Below are positions 46,988 to 55,823 of a stretch of DNA of 64,000 nt, one piece after another. This stretch comes from an uncultured Candidatus Saccharibacteria bacterium. Its GTDB lineage: Bacteria; Patescibacteriota; Minisyncoccia; Phycocordibacterales; Phycocordibacteraceae. The stretch covers positions 86,503 to 150,502 of the forward strand of contig CAZDPG010000001.1 in NCBI GenBank assembly GCA_964507275.1. The letters are read 5' to 3'. The translations under genes and the position numbers were made by a program. Numbering within the stretch: the stretch's first letter is position 1; every line of letters begins with the position of its first letter. The notes under the pieces are model-generated. The model ran no database searches. It had not been told where the DNA came from and saw only the letters and a list, made by a program, of their open reading frames with translations.

Positions 46988-49912
46988 ATGGCGACCACAG
47001 AAGCATTCGAAGACGCATACAAGAAGCTCAATGCGAAGCAGAGGGAAGCTGTAGACACAATCTACGGTCCGGTGATGGTCGTTGCGGGACCGGGTACGGG
47101 AAAGACACAGATGCTTGCGCTTCGCATCGGGAACATCCTGCAGAAGGCGACCGGGACGAAACCCGATGAGATCCTCGCTCTTACGTATACCGACAGTGCC
47201 GTGACGACGCTCCGCGCTCGACTCGCGCGCTTCATCGGTGCTGCCGCATACCGTGTGCGCATCCATACCTTCCACGGTTTCGCGCGCTCGATACTCGAAC
47301 TACGCCCCGATCTCTTCCCACGCATCGCGCTCGGCTCGCAGCTGGGAGAGATCCGCGGCATTGCACTCATGGAGGAGCTGCTTGATGCCGGAGCATATAC
47401 GAAGATCCGCAGCCCGAGGAATCCGCATCGTTCGGCCCGCGATTTGTTCGGCTTCATGAGCAAACTGAAGCAGGAACATTACACGCCCGAGGCGTACCTC
47501 GCTGACCTGTCGCGCGAGCACGAGTCTGTGCTCACTGACCCAGATCGCATTCACGAGAGTGGGCGGTATGCGGGGCAGGAGAAAGGCGACTATACGCGCC
47601 GCCGCGAGCGCATCGAGAAGCATCTTGAGGTGGCGCATCTCTTCAGCGCCTACCAGGACGCCCTCGAACGCGAGTCGCTCTACGATTACGAAGATCTCAT
47701 CAACGAAGCTATTCGTGGTCTCGAGACCGATGAGGGTTTCCGGTCGCAAGTGGGCGAGCGTTCTCAATTCGTTCTTGCCGACGAGCACCAGGATGCGAAT
47801 CCGGCGCAGAACCGCTTGCTTGAGCTCGTGACCGATTTCGACGGATCGTCGAATCTCTTCATCGTGGGCGACGAGAAGCAGGCTATCTACCGGTTCCAGG
47901 GCGCATCGCTTGCATCGTTCTTCTCTCTCAAGGAGAAATATCCTGATGCGAAGGTCATCTCGCTCAATGAGAATTATCGTTCTCGCTCGAAGATACTCGA
48001 AGCAGCACACGACCTCATCGCTCCTGCGCCCGTGCCTGACCCTACACTCCGTCCGCAGCTCGCAGCCGTTCGCGGCACAGGCGGCGTCGTCGAGGAAGTC
48101 GTGTGCGGCACGCTCCGTGAGGAGCAGGAGACTATCTGCGCGTACCTGAAGAAACTGCATGAGAACGGCGTGCCGTATGAGGATATCGCTCTTTTGGCCA
48201 AGAAGAACTCTGACGTGCTCGCGCTCTCGAGTGTGTTACGTCGCTCCGGTATCCCCGAAGACCATATGAGTGTCGAGATAAGCGCTCTCGCGCATCCGGC
48301 AGTCGTACTTTTCATCGCGCTTGTCCGGGCGCTCGCTGATCTCTCGCAGGATGCCGCACTCGCGCGCGCGTTCTTCATGCCAGGGATACCGATGCCACTC
48401 TCTGCTCGCATGCGCCTGCTCGGCATCCCACGGGCAGGGAACCCCCTCATGAAAGTCATCGGAGAGCATGGTACGAGTGAGCTCCGTGCGTGGATAGGGA
48501 ATATGGAGAGGCTCGCCGAAGAGATGCCGGCGACACCGGTCGTCGCGTGGCTCGCACGACTGGCGAGCGAAAGCGGATTCATCGCAGGCGTGCTCGCGCT
48601 CGCTGAAAGCGAGGATGCGTACGAAGCGTATCAAGGCTTCATGGATGAAGCGGCGTTGCTTACGCGGGAGAATCCGAGCGCGACTGCGCACGATCTCCTG
48701 GAGCGTCTCACTCTCATCGAGAAGCACGAACTCCGTGTGCGGCGTGCACGCACGAAGCATGCAGGGGTGCGCGTCATGACCGTGCACAGTGCGAAAGGGC
48801 TCGAGTTCCCGTACGTCATCATCGCGCATGCCACCGATGAGAAATGGATGCGCGGGAAGTCAGACGAGTTCTCGCTTCTTCTTGAAAAAGAAGACGACGA
48901 GCACGACGTGCGCCGCTTGCTCTATGTCGCGCTCACGCGCGCAAAGGACGGCGTGCTCATCACGCGGTCGGAAGTCACGGAGGAAGATCGCGCCCAGACG
49001 CCGCTCCGGTTCATCGCGGATATGGCCGAGCATCTGGCGCTCGGTATAGCGGCGGTACCGTCCTCCGAATCTGCTCCCTACGAAGAACGCACCATCCTCG
49101 AACCGGAGTATCTGAAGGAGCGGCTCCTCGTGCGTGGGTTTTCGCCGACCAGTTTCAACAATTACGTCCAGTCGCCGTGGCAGTTCTATTTCCGTGCTCT
49201 CTTGCAGCTCCCAGATGCGCCGACGCTCCCGATGATGTACGGCACGGTGATGCACGCAGGACTGAAGGCCTATACCGACGCACAGAGGGCCGGTACTGCG
49301 ACTCCCGAGCATGCGATAGAGGCGTTCCATGCAGAGCTCAACCGCTTGCCACTCTCTCCGCTCGACCGTGCCGAGCTTGCAAAGAAGGGTGAGAAGGCGC
49401 TCCTTGCGTACCTCGTACAGGAGGGCGCTACTATGACTGCGGTACATGAATCGGAATTCCCGATTACGGTCTCGCTCACGGTACCGGGCGTAGGAGAGCT
49501 GCCGCTCACCGGGAAGCTCGACCGGCTCGATCTGCTCGCAGACGGCACGGTCGCCGTGATCGACTACAAGACAGGGAAGGCGAAGAGTGAGAATGACATC
49601 AAAGGTCTTACGAAATCGGGTGATGGTAATTACTATCGCCAGCTTGTGTTCTATAAACTCCTCCTGGATAAGGACAGACGATACTCTATGAGCGAAGGCG
49701 CGCTGCACTTCGTTGAGCCGGATGAGAAGGGGAAGTGTGTCATACGGAAATTCGTCATAACTGATGCCGAGGTCGCCACGCTCGAGGCAGAGCTCATTCT
49801 TGCCGCGCAGAAGATAGCTGACGGTTCGGCATTCACGGCTACCTGCGACCCTGAGCAGTGCGATTACTGCGACCTTGTCGGGTTTCTCCTTGAGCAACAG
49901 AAATTGACGTAG
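46988..49912 (+). CDS. UvrD/PcrA-family SF1 helicase fused to a PD-(D/E)xK nuclease (AddA/AdnAB-like)
   Basis: AGPGTGKT, DEHQD, GDEKQAIYRFQGA, NYRS, TVHSAKGLEF, YVALTRA, then GKLDRLD..IDYKTG..QLVFY..CDYC. Confidence 0.92.
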   Translation: MATTEAFEDAYKKLNAKQREAVDTIYGPVMVVAGPGTGKTQMLALRIGNILQKATGTKPDEILALTYTDSAVTTLRARLARFIGAAAYRVRIHTFHGFARSILELRPDLFPRIALGSQLGEIRGIALMEELLDAGAYTKIRSPRNPHRSARDLFGFMSKLKQEHYTPEAYLADLSREHESVLTDPDRIHESGRYAGQEKGDYTRRRERIEKHLEVAHLFSAYQDALERESLYDYEDLINEAIRGLETDEGFRSQVGERSQFVLADEHQDANPAQNRLLELVTDFDGSSNLFIVGDEKQAIYRFQGASLASFFSLKEKYPDAKVISLNENYRSRSKILEAAHDLIAPAPVPDPTLRPQLAAVRGTGGVVEEVVCGTLREEQETICAYLKKLHENGVPYEDIALLAKKNSDVLALSSVLRRSGIPEDHMSVEISALAHPAVVLFIALVRALADLSQDAALARAFFMPGIPMPLSARMRLLGIPRAGNPLMKVIGEHGTSELRAWIGNMERLAEEMPATPVVAWLARLASESGFIAGVLALAESEDAYEAYQGFMDEAALLTRENPSATAHDLLERLTLIEKHELRVRRARTKHAGVRVMTVHSAKGLEFPYVIIAHATDEKWMRGKSDEFSLLLEKEDDEHDVRRLLYVALTRAKDGVLITRSEVTEEDRAQTPLRFIADMAEHLALGIAAVPSSESAPYEERTILEPEYLKERLLVRGFSPTSFNNYVQSPWQFYFRALLQLPDAPTLPMMYGTVMHAGLKAYTDAQRAGTATPEHAIEAFHAELNRLPLSPLDRAELAKKGEKALLAYLVQEGATMTAVHESEFPITVSLTVPGVGELPLTGKLDRLDLLADGTVAVIDYKTGKAKSENDIKGLTKSGDGNYYRQLVFYKLLLDKDRRYSMSEGALHFVEPDEKGKCVIRKFVITDAEVATLEAELILAAQKIADGSAFTATCDPEQCDYCDLVGFLLEQQKLT

Positions 49913-49966
49913 CGTTCTGGGAGTGTTATTATTTCCGGAACAGGTCTTTGAAAGGATTCAGGACGC

Positions 49967-50046
49967 ATGAGACGAGCTTTTTACGGCTTACTTTTTACAA
50001 TTACTGTCGCAAGATAGTTTACTAGGCCGTAAAAAGCTCGTCTCAT
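49967..50046. repeat. Perfect 21-bp inverted repeat with 38-nt AT-rich spacer
   Basis: ATGAGACGAGCTTTTTACGGC (49967-49987) and GCCGTAAAAAGCTCGTCTCAT (50026-50046). Confidence 0.92.
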
Positions 50047-50103
50047 TGCAGGGACAGAGTCGCCAGTCCGACGGTTCGGACACACTACACAAGGAGAACG
50101 ATC

Positions 50104-50895
50104 ATGTCGGCATCCCCGACCACACCGTCACCCCAGGAGAAACACCTCGACCGCATGGTTGCATTGGCTCGCACGTTTGCCATCCGGGAAATCAATCCTG
50201 ATCACGATGCGTACCAGCGCCTGGCCAAGCGGCAGGGAGAGCTCAACACCGGGCTCACCGCTCTGCTGCGTCATCTCATGGGCGAGGTTCCCGTCTATGC
50301 GCTCGCGAAATCGATCCTCGGCGGTGACTTCATCACTGTTGGAGAAATCATGGCCGCACGTCCCGACATCACCTATAGCTTCGAGCAGGTCGCGAAGTTG
50401 GCGGCAACCATTCCGTCGGAAGACGTATTGCGCTCGTTGAAGGAAAACGGCTACGGTCTCATGCCGCGACCGCCCAAGGCGATTTCGCTGCTCGACATCC
50501 GTTCTACCAGGCCCTCCTACTTCTATTCGAGGACAGGCGGCTGGTACGCAGATCAGGCGTTTGCGCGGGACGACATGACTGGCTCTGGATGGCTCGCCAT
50601 CAAGAAGACGCCGGTCAATGGCTCGCTAAGCAAGAACTGGGACGAGCAGAACAAGCTTCTCTCCAATGTCGAGCAGGTGCCGAACGTCGTTGAGATGAGC
50701 TGGTTCATCACAATCTTCTTCGACGTCCGCGGTGTTCGCCCCTTCGAGAAGGTGTACGTTCGCACGAACAGTCTCGGCTCGGGCGGTACTCGTGTTTACG
50801 TCGGCTTCTTCGACGTCGAGGGTCTCGGCATCAACGACGACTTGGATGATGACCGCGACGATCACCTCGGTCTCGCGTCTGCCCGGAAGTTCTGA
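50104..50895 (+). CDS. Putative DGR variable (target) protein with CLec-like C-terminus
   Basis: SD AAGGAG; C-terminus VYVRT...RVYVGFFD.EGL...DDDRDDHLGLASARKF has the pattern of CPR DGR targets; variable codons are NNC/NNT. Confidence 0.72.
   Translation: MSASPTTPSPQEKHLDRMVALARTFAIREINPDHDAYQRLAKRQGELNTGLTALLRHLMGEVPVYALAKSILGGDFITVGEIMAARPDITYSFEQVAKLAATIPSEDVLRSLKENGYGLMPRPPKAISLLDIRSTRPSYFYSRTGGWYADQAFARDDMTGSGWLAIKKTPVNGSLSKNWDEQNKLLSNVEQVPNVVEMSWFITIFFDVRGVRPFEKVYVRTNSLGSGGTRVYVGFFDVEGLGINDDLDDDRDDHLGLASARKF
50761..50895 (+). other. Candidate DGR variable repeat (VR)
   Basis: Constant scaffold codons interspersed with AAC/GAC-derivable codons (GGC, TAC, TTC, GAC, CAC, ACT). No TR partner was found in the window. 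Confidence 0.55.
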
Positions 50896-50969
50896 CCTGA
50901 ACGTCTGTTCTTTGTATCTCTTGAACCTTCGCGCGATCCATCTTCTGGTGGAATTGCGTGGAGGCTCTT

Positions 50970-51638
50970 TTATTTCACTCCAGCAAGCGCTTCGTCGATG
51001 AGCTCTTTTACCGCGCCATACGGATATGCACCGGCCATGACGACGGGAGGCTTCCCGGCGACGATGATGAGCGAATACGGTGTTCCGCGCGCGCCCATAT
51101 CGAGTGCGTTCTGCCGGTCTGCCTGGACGCGCTCATCGATCTCTTTCGGGACAGAGGCGGAGCATGATGCGAAAGCATCGCTCGATACGCCGATCCTTTC
51201 TGCATACGTGCCGTACTCGGCCGGATTGGCGGGCTGGTTCTCGAAGAGTTGCTTTGCGAAGTCCCAGAAGGCCGCATTACCAGCGGCCTGGGTGATGCAC
51301 TCAGATGCTTCAGCGTGCCGCAGCGCATCCGGGTGAATCTCGGAAAGAGGGAATTGGCGGTAGACCCAGGCGACCCTTCCCCCTATTCCTTCGTTCGCGA
51401 TGATGTGCCGCATCGTCTCGTCGAACTCTTTACAATACTCACAGTTGAAGTCGGTGTAGGTGATTATCGTGACCGGTGCGGTAGGGTTCCCGAGGATATG
51501 GTCAGCGGCACCGACCGGGCGCACGAGTGCGGGATTACCTTCACTCGAGGAAGGCTTTGCCATCGAAAAATAGACCGCCGAGGCGACGAGGATGCCGCCG
51601 AGGACGATTGCTGTCGGGATGGCATACGAGGACTTCAT
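50970..51638 (-). CDS. DsbA/BdbD-like thiol-disulfide oxidoreductase
   Basis: TM anchor, HILGNPTAPV, DFNCEYC, RQFPL..HP, GARGTP. Confidence 0.9.
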   Translation of the reverse strand: MKSSYAIPTAIVLGGILVASAVYFSMAKPSSSEGNPALVRPVGAADHILGNPTAPVTIITYTDFNCEYCKEFDETMRHIIANEGIGGRVAWVYRQFPLSEIHPDALRHAEASECITQAAGNAAFWDFAKQLFENQPANPAEYGTYAERIGVSSDAFASCSASVPKEIDERVQADRQNALDMGARGTPYSLIIVAGKPPVVMAGAYPYGAVKELIDEALAGVK

Positions 51639-52216
51639 AGCTGGAGGGCGTGCGTGAGCGTTGGGAGCGAGCTCTCCGAAAGCCCCCATGCGGCGGTATC
51701 TATCTTGATATCGCGCTTCTCGCGCAAGTCTTTGTATTTCAATTTCCCGTGCTTCATCGCATAGTCGTAGAGCTCGCGCGTGAGACGCACGTCCTCGATG
51801 CAGTATTCGCGTACCAGATCCTTCTTTCCCTCGCGCCACCACTCGCCGGCCTTGAGTCCGTCGCCAGACTTGCCGCGGCCGAGCGTCGCTTCGGCGAGCG
51901 ACTGCAGGCGGATGCGTCGGCCGAGCGCTTTCTGTACTTCTACGAGCAGGTCGAGCGATGGTATGTGCGAGAGGTCCCCCGGGTAGTAGCGATTCAGGAG
52001 CGGTATGTCGAACGAGTCGGAGTTGAAGCCGATGAGGAAATCGGCATGTTCGAGAATGGGCCAGAGCTGCGGGAGCTCTTCGCGCGAATACGACGAATAC
52101 GTGTCGGTGAGCGAATCGTGGATGGCCACGACGATGAGTTCCTGTTCATTCACGTCAATGTGCCCGCGCACGACGGAATCCGAGATCGATTCGATGTCGA
52201 AAGTGATTGCGCGCAT
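51635..52216 (-). CDS. RNase H-like (YprB/DEDDy) exonuclease-domain protein
   Basis: FDIES, GFNSDSFDIP, YCIEDVRLT. Confidence 0.85.
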   Translation of the reverse strand: MRAITFDIESISDSVVRGHIDVNEQELIVVAIHDSLTDTYSSYSREELPQLWPILEHADFLIGFNSDSFDIPLLNRYYPGDLSHIPSLDLLVEVQKALGRRIRLQSLAEATLGRGKSGDGLKAGEWWREGKKDLVREYCIEDVRLTRELYDYAMKHGKLKYKDLREKRDIKIDTAAWGLSESSLPTLTHALQL

Positions 52217-52219
52217 GAT

Positions 52220-53491
52220 TTAGCTTCCGGATCGCAGACGTGCCGGGAGTTCGGAGAGCGGGAGCCCTGCTTCTTCACCGGTACGGAGAATCTTCATACG
52301 GACGGTCTGATTGGCCACTTCATTTGCGCCGTAGGCGATGAAAAGCGGGATACCGCGCTTCACTGCGTCTTTTATTTGATCGCCGAGTCCACGGTCGGAC
52401 AGGTTTACGAATACGCGACCGCCTTCTTTGCGGAGTGTCGCCGCGAATGCTTGCGCAGCGGGGATGTCGCTTACTGACGGAGTGCCGAGGTAGAGCTGCG
52501 GCCTATGGTTCCCGTCTTTCGGCATGAGACCGTGCGTCTCGAGGAAGTCGGCGAGCGTCACGTCGCCCATGCCGAACCCGATAGCGGGGATGGGGTCGCC
52601 GCCGAAGAGCGCGACGAGCTTGTCGAAGCGGCCACCGCCGAAGAGCGAGCGCGGGTTGGCTGGGTTCGTATCGAATATCTCGAACACGACGCCCGTGTAG
52701 TAATCGAACCCACGGGTGAGCGATGGGTCGAAGACGGCGTTGCCGACGCCGCGTGCCTTGAGCGATTCGATCATGTCGAGCAGTGCGCGTTTCTCATGAG
52801 CAACCTCCGGCGCTTCGCTTGAGTGCTCGATGAGCGTGAGCGGGTCTTTCGCATTGGTTATCGCTCCTCGGGCCGCCTCGAACTCTTCGGGAGTCATCTT
52901 GGACTTCTTGTCGAGCAGACGCAGATACGCGCGTGATGCTGAGCTCTCGAGTCCTGCCGCCGTGCAGGCGGCTGTGAGGAGTGCACGGGAATTGATACGG
53001 ATGATGAAGTCGCTCTCCTTCGCGCCGAGCGCCTTGAGGAGTTCTGCGGCGAGCATGATTACCTCGAAGTCCGCTTCAGCACCGGCGACACCCACAAGAT
53101 CGACGTTCAGTTGGTAGTGCTCGCGTAGGCGGCCTTTCTGTGGGCGCTCGTAGCGGAAGACATTCGGGATGGAGAACCAGCGGAGCGGGAAGGGCATCTC
53201 GCGGCGCTTCGCTGCGACCATGCGCGCCAAGGTCGGGGTCATCTCCGGGCGGAGCGTCACACGACGATCGCCGCGGTCCATGAAGGTATAGGTCTGCTCC
53301 CCGACGATCTCCTCAGAGGTCTTCGCTTCGTAGAGCTCGGCGCGCTCGAGCGGGGAAGCGTTGTATTCTTCGTAGCCCCATGAGCGAAGCGTCGTGCGTA
53401 GCGTAGCGAAGACGGCATCCTTCTGCGCCCAGTCGGCGGGGTAGAAATCACGGACGCCTTTATAAGGATCGGTCGAGAGCGGCTCGGTCAT
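52220..53491 (-). CDS. hisS: Histidine-tRNA ligase
   Basis: KGVRDF, LRPEMTP, FRYERPQKGRLREHYQ, RGFDYYTG, GGGRFD. Confidence 0.96.
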   Translation of the reverse strand: MTEPLSTDPYKGVRDFYPADWAQKDAVFATLRTTLRSWGYEEYNASPLERAELYEAKTSEEIVGEQTYTFMDRGDRRVTLRPEMTPTLARMVAAKRREMPFPLRWFSIPNVFRYERPQKGRLREHYQLNVDLVGVAGAEADFEVIMLAAELLKALGAKESDFIIRINSRALLTAACTAAGLESSASRAYLRLLDKKSKMTPEEFEAARGAITNAKDPLTLIEHSSEAPEVAHEKRALLDMIESLKARGVGNAVFDPSLTRGFDYYTGVVFEIFDTNPANPRSLFGGGRFDKLVALFGGDPIPAIGFGMGDVTLADFLETHGLMPKDGNHRPQLYLGTPSVSDIPAAQAFAATLRKEGGRVFVNLSDRGLGDQIKDAVKRGIPLFIAYGANEVANQTVRMKILRTGEEAGLPLSELPARLRSGS

Positions 53492-53600
53492 GAGCTTGAT
53501 TTTATCATGCGTTCGACCAGTGTGCGCGCGGTAGTTGACAAGAGTCCAGAAAAGAGACATCATTTAAATCGGGTAGTCCAAAAACAACAAGGAGAGCGAG

Positions 53601-53855
53601 ATGAGCACCACGCACATCAAGTATTTCGAAGGTGAGGAAGATGAAGACGTCGTCACCCGCCGTTGCTCGCATTGCAAAAAGGAAGTCCTTCCGTCACAGG
53701 CGCACGCCGAGATCACGGATCCCGACAACCACGGCGAGACGCTTCTCTTGCACGACGGCAACAAGCCGATGGACTGTTTGACCAAGTGGTACGAAGCGCG
53801 TCGCTCTCGGGTCCAGGTCGATTCATCGGCCAGTCTGCAGCCTTTCAGAACATGA
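53601..53855 (+). CDS. Small putative zinc-finger protein (ORFan islet)
   Basis: TTGACA promoter, SD AAGGAG, CSHC...H-x7-C..W, own terminator. Confidence 0.65.
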   Translation: MSTTHIKYFEGEEDEDVVTRRCSHCKKEVLPSQAHAEITDPDNHGETLLLHDGNKPMDCLTKWYEARRSRVQVDSSASLQPFRT

Positions 53856-53896
53856 ACTTCCACCCAGGGTCCCGTCTTCACGGGATCCGCTTATTT

Positions 53897-54436
53897 TTAT
53901 ACGCTCGTCGTAGTGCTTGATTTCTCGGAAACGTATTTGAGGATGACGTCGCGCATCTGTTCTGGGCGCGGGATGCCTACCATATGGAACTCATCTTCGG
54001 TCCCGGCGGTCTGGACGGTAATAGTACCGATACCGAGGAGTGATGGGAGGACGCCGTTCACTTCGGTCGTCACGTCCTGCACGCGAGCGAGCGGCAGACT
54101 CGACACTTCGCGACTGAAATAGCCGCGCTGTTTGATATTCACGATGCGCTTATTGGTGAGCACCCATGCGTTGAGGAAATAGCGCGTGAACGAGCCCCAG
54201 GCACTCGTCCAGGTGATGAGCAGCCAGATACTGAGTCCTGTCCGACCGACTGTCGTCTGGTAGTCGAGATAGGAAGCATACTGCGCGACCGGCTCTGCTA
54301 GGAGGAGAGCTTTCGGTAGCGCGAAGGGGATTGCTGCGAGTATCGCGTAGGGCAATAGGTCGAGCAGGAAGAGGAACCAATGCTTCCGCGCCTCGATTAC
54401 CGCATGCTCCCCGGGCTCTAGTTCGAATTCTTTCAT
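53897..54436 (-). CDS. Membrane protein with bacterial PH domain (bPH_2/DUF304)
   Basis: RKHW, two TM helices, LTNKRI, VQDVT, GTITVQTAG. Confidence 0.85.
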   Translation of the reverse strand: MKEFELEPGEHAVIEARKHWFLFLLDLLPYAILAAIPFALPKALLLAEPVAQYASYLDYQTTVGRTGLSIWLLITWTSAWGSFTRYFLNAWVLTNKRIVNIKQRGYFSREVSSLPLARVQDVTTEVNGVLPSLLGIGTITVQTAGTEDEFHMVGIPRPEQMRDVILKYVSEKSSTTTSV

Positions 54437-54726
54437 GGCAAGTAGGCGGTGAGGAAGAACGGGTCGCCGGAAAGCGCGTAGGACATGAGCGAGAATGACA
54501 CGAAGGCGTGTGCGGCAATAGCAGGGAAGGCGATCCAGGACGCGTGAGAATATCTGAGCCAGTGATAGACCGCGATAATCGAATACGCGGCCCAGAAGGC
54601 GAAGACGGCGTAGAGCGTCCAGACCGTCGCGACACCGGCAGAGATTCCAGTCGGAACGGGAAGATAGGAGAGTAGCGCGGTAGGGGGCGAGAAGGGCTGG
54701 AGCGGCTGATCGGTCATGAGGGACAT
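54433..54726 (-). CDS. Small two-TM membrane protein
   Basis: YHWLRY between hydrophobic helices; overlaps both neighbours. Confidence 0.7.
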   Translation of the reverse strand: MSLMTDQPLQPFSPPTALLSYLPVPTGISAGVATVWTLYAVFAFWAAYSIIAVYHWLRYSHASWIAFPAIAAHAFVSFSLMSYALSGDPFFLTAYLP

Positions 54727-55445
54727 GATACTACGATAATGCGTGGCTGACCGTACTGGTCAGTGCGTATAGAGGCGCGCATCCCGTGTTTTTCGAACAG
54801 TGAAGCTGCCGCGTTAGCGTGCGCACTGTCGACCTCGATCCATGCTTCACCATCCGGAGCGAGCTTTTGTGGCAGGTCCGCCGCGATGCGCCGAATAACG
54901 GCGAGACCGTCTTCTCCCGCGTAGAGCGCTTGGGATGGCTCGTAGTCGGCGACACTTGCGTCGAGTGTGCGGCCAGAGGGGATGTAGGGTGGGTTCGCTG
55001 CGATGATATCAAACGTTGTGCCGAGTGGTTCGAAGAGGTCGCCGATGCGCACATTGGCACGAGACTCGTCCAGATTATTTTTGCGGATGTTCTTCAGGAT
55101 GGTCGCTTCGTGCGCAGGGTCAATCTCGCCGAAGTACACCTGCGCATCCGGTAGTCGGGCGAGAGCGGCACAACCGATTGCGCCCGAGCCCGCACAGAGG
55201 TCGAGGAACCTGAGTCCATGTGTATCTTTGCGTTCATTGAGTAACTGTTCGGTCCACCACTCCGTCTCGGGGCGGGGGATGAGGGGATGAGAATCAAGAT
55301 GAATTTTCAATCCGAGGAATGGCTGCCAGCCGATGATGAACCCGAGCGGTTCACCCGTAGCGAGTCGCTTCCGGTCTTCTTCGTAGCCCTCGGTAGCCTT
55401 TCCGCCGTACTTTTCCTCCAGGAGCCACTGTTCGTCGCGGGTCAT
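54714..55445 (-). CDS. prmC: Release factor glutamine methyltransferase (HemK)
   Basis: GEPLGFIIG, LIPRPETE, DLCAGSGAIG, NPPY. Confidence 0.94.
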   Translation of the reverse strand: MTRDEQWLLEEKYGGKATEGYEEDRKRLATGEPLGFIIGWQPFLGLKIHLDSHPLIPRPETEWWTEQLLNERKDTHGLRFLDLCAGSGAIGCAALARLPDAQVYFGEIDPAHEATILKNIRKNNLDESRANVRIGDLFEPLGTTFDIIAANPPYIPSGRTLDASVADYEPSQALYAGEDGLAVIRRIAADLPQKLAPDGEAWIEVDSAHANAAASLFEKHGMRASIRTDQYGQPRIIVVSCPS

Positions 55446-55580
55446 ACAAGCCACGCTAGCACAGGATGGAGAGCCAGTCGCTCCGCGTTTATCGGTTATA
55501 CAGGAATATACACAGCTTTTACACTGTTTTTTCCTCAGATTTTGCTTGACATTCTGAATGCATGGAAGAAAATATAAGGA

Positions 55581-55694
55581 GTTCATTCTTTTTGGGAAGA
55601 ACCTTAATACCACAATAGGTCCTACACATGCGGATGCCATCCGCTCCCTCGGACCACCTATATTACAGAGGTTTCTTCCCATCAGAGGATGAAC
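55581..55694 (+). ncRNA. Putative rod-shaped ncRNA (mini 6S-like)
   Basis: 5' and 3' ends pair (GTTCATTCT/AGGATGAAC, TGGGAAGAACCT/AGGTTTCTTCCCA), inner GGTCC/GGACC and GCGGAT/ATCCGC stems, TTGACA at 55546 and a terminator directly after. Confidence 0.65.
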
Positions 55695-55701
55695 GGGCGT
55701 A

Positions 55702-55745
55702 GGAAAAGCCCCACAGCGGTGGGACTTTTCCCTTGTTATTTTTTT
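55702..55745 (+). terminator. Terminator of the ncRNA candidate
   Basis: GGAAAAGCCCCAC-AGCG-GTGGGACTTTTCC followed by a T-rich tract. Confidence 0.75.
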
Positions 55746-55768
55746 CATACGGTAGGCATCACTCATAC

Positions 55769-55807
55769 AAAAGAAAACATCCGCGCAGTGCGCGGATGTT
55801 TTCTTTT
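55769..55807 (-). terminator. Terminator of the RRM gene
   Basis: AAAAGAAAACATCCGCGC-AGT-GCGCGGATGTTTTCTTTT. Confidence 0.85.
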
Positions 55808-55823
55808 CGGAACGTGCTATCGA

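Noticed and set aside
14728-49897. Long antisense ORFs (e.g. 14728-15906, 29631-31187, 37451-38401, 48860-49897)
   Set aside because: They are shadows of GC-rich, codon-biased core genes on the opposite strand and have no motifs or start signals.
50926-50964. Hairpin after the VR as a canonical DGR DNA cruciform
   Set aside because: The stem relies on several G-T pairs, which fits an RNA terminator better; kept only as weak support.
55581-55694. SRP (4.5S) RNA identity for the 114-nt RNA
   Set aside because: The size fits, but the domain IV CAGG/GGAA tetraloop/AGCA signature is absent.
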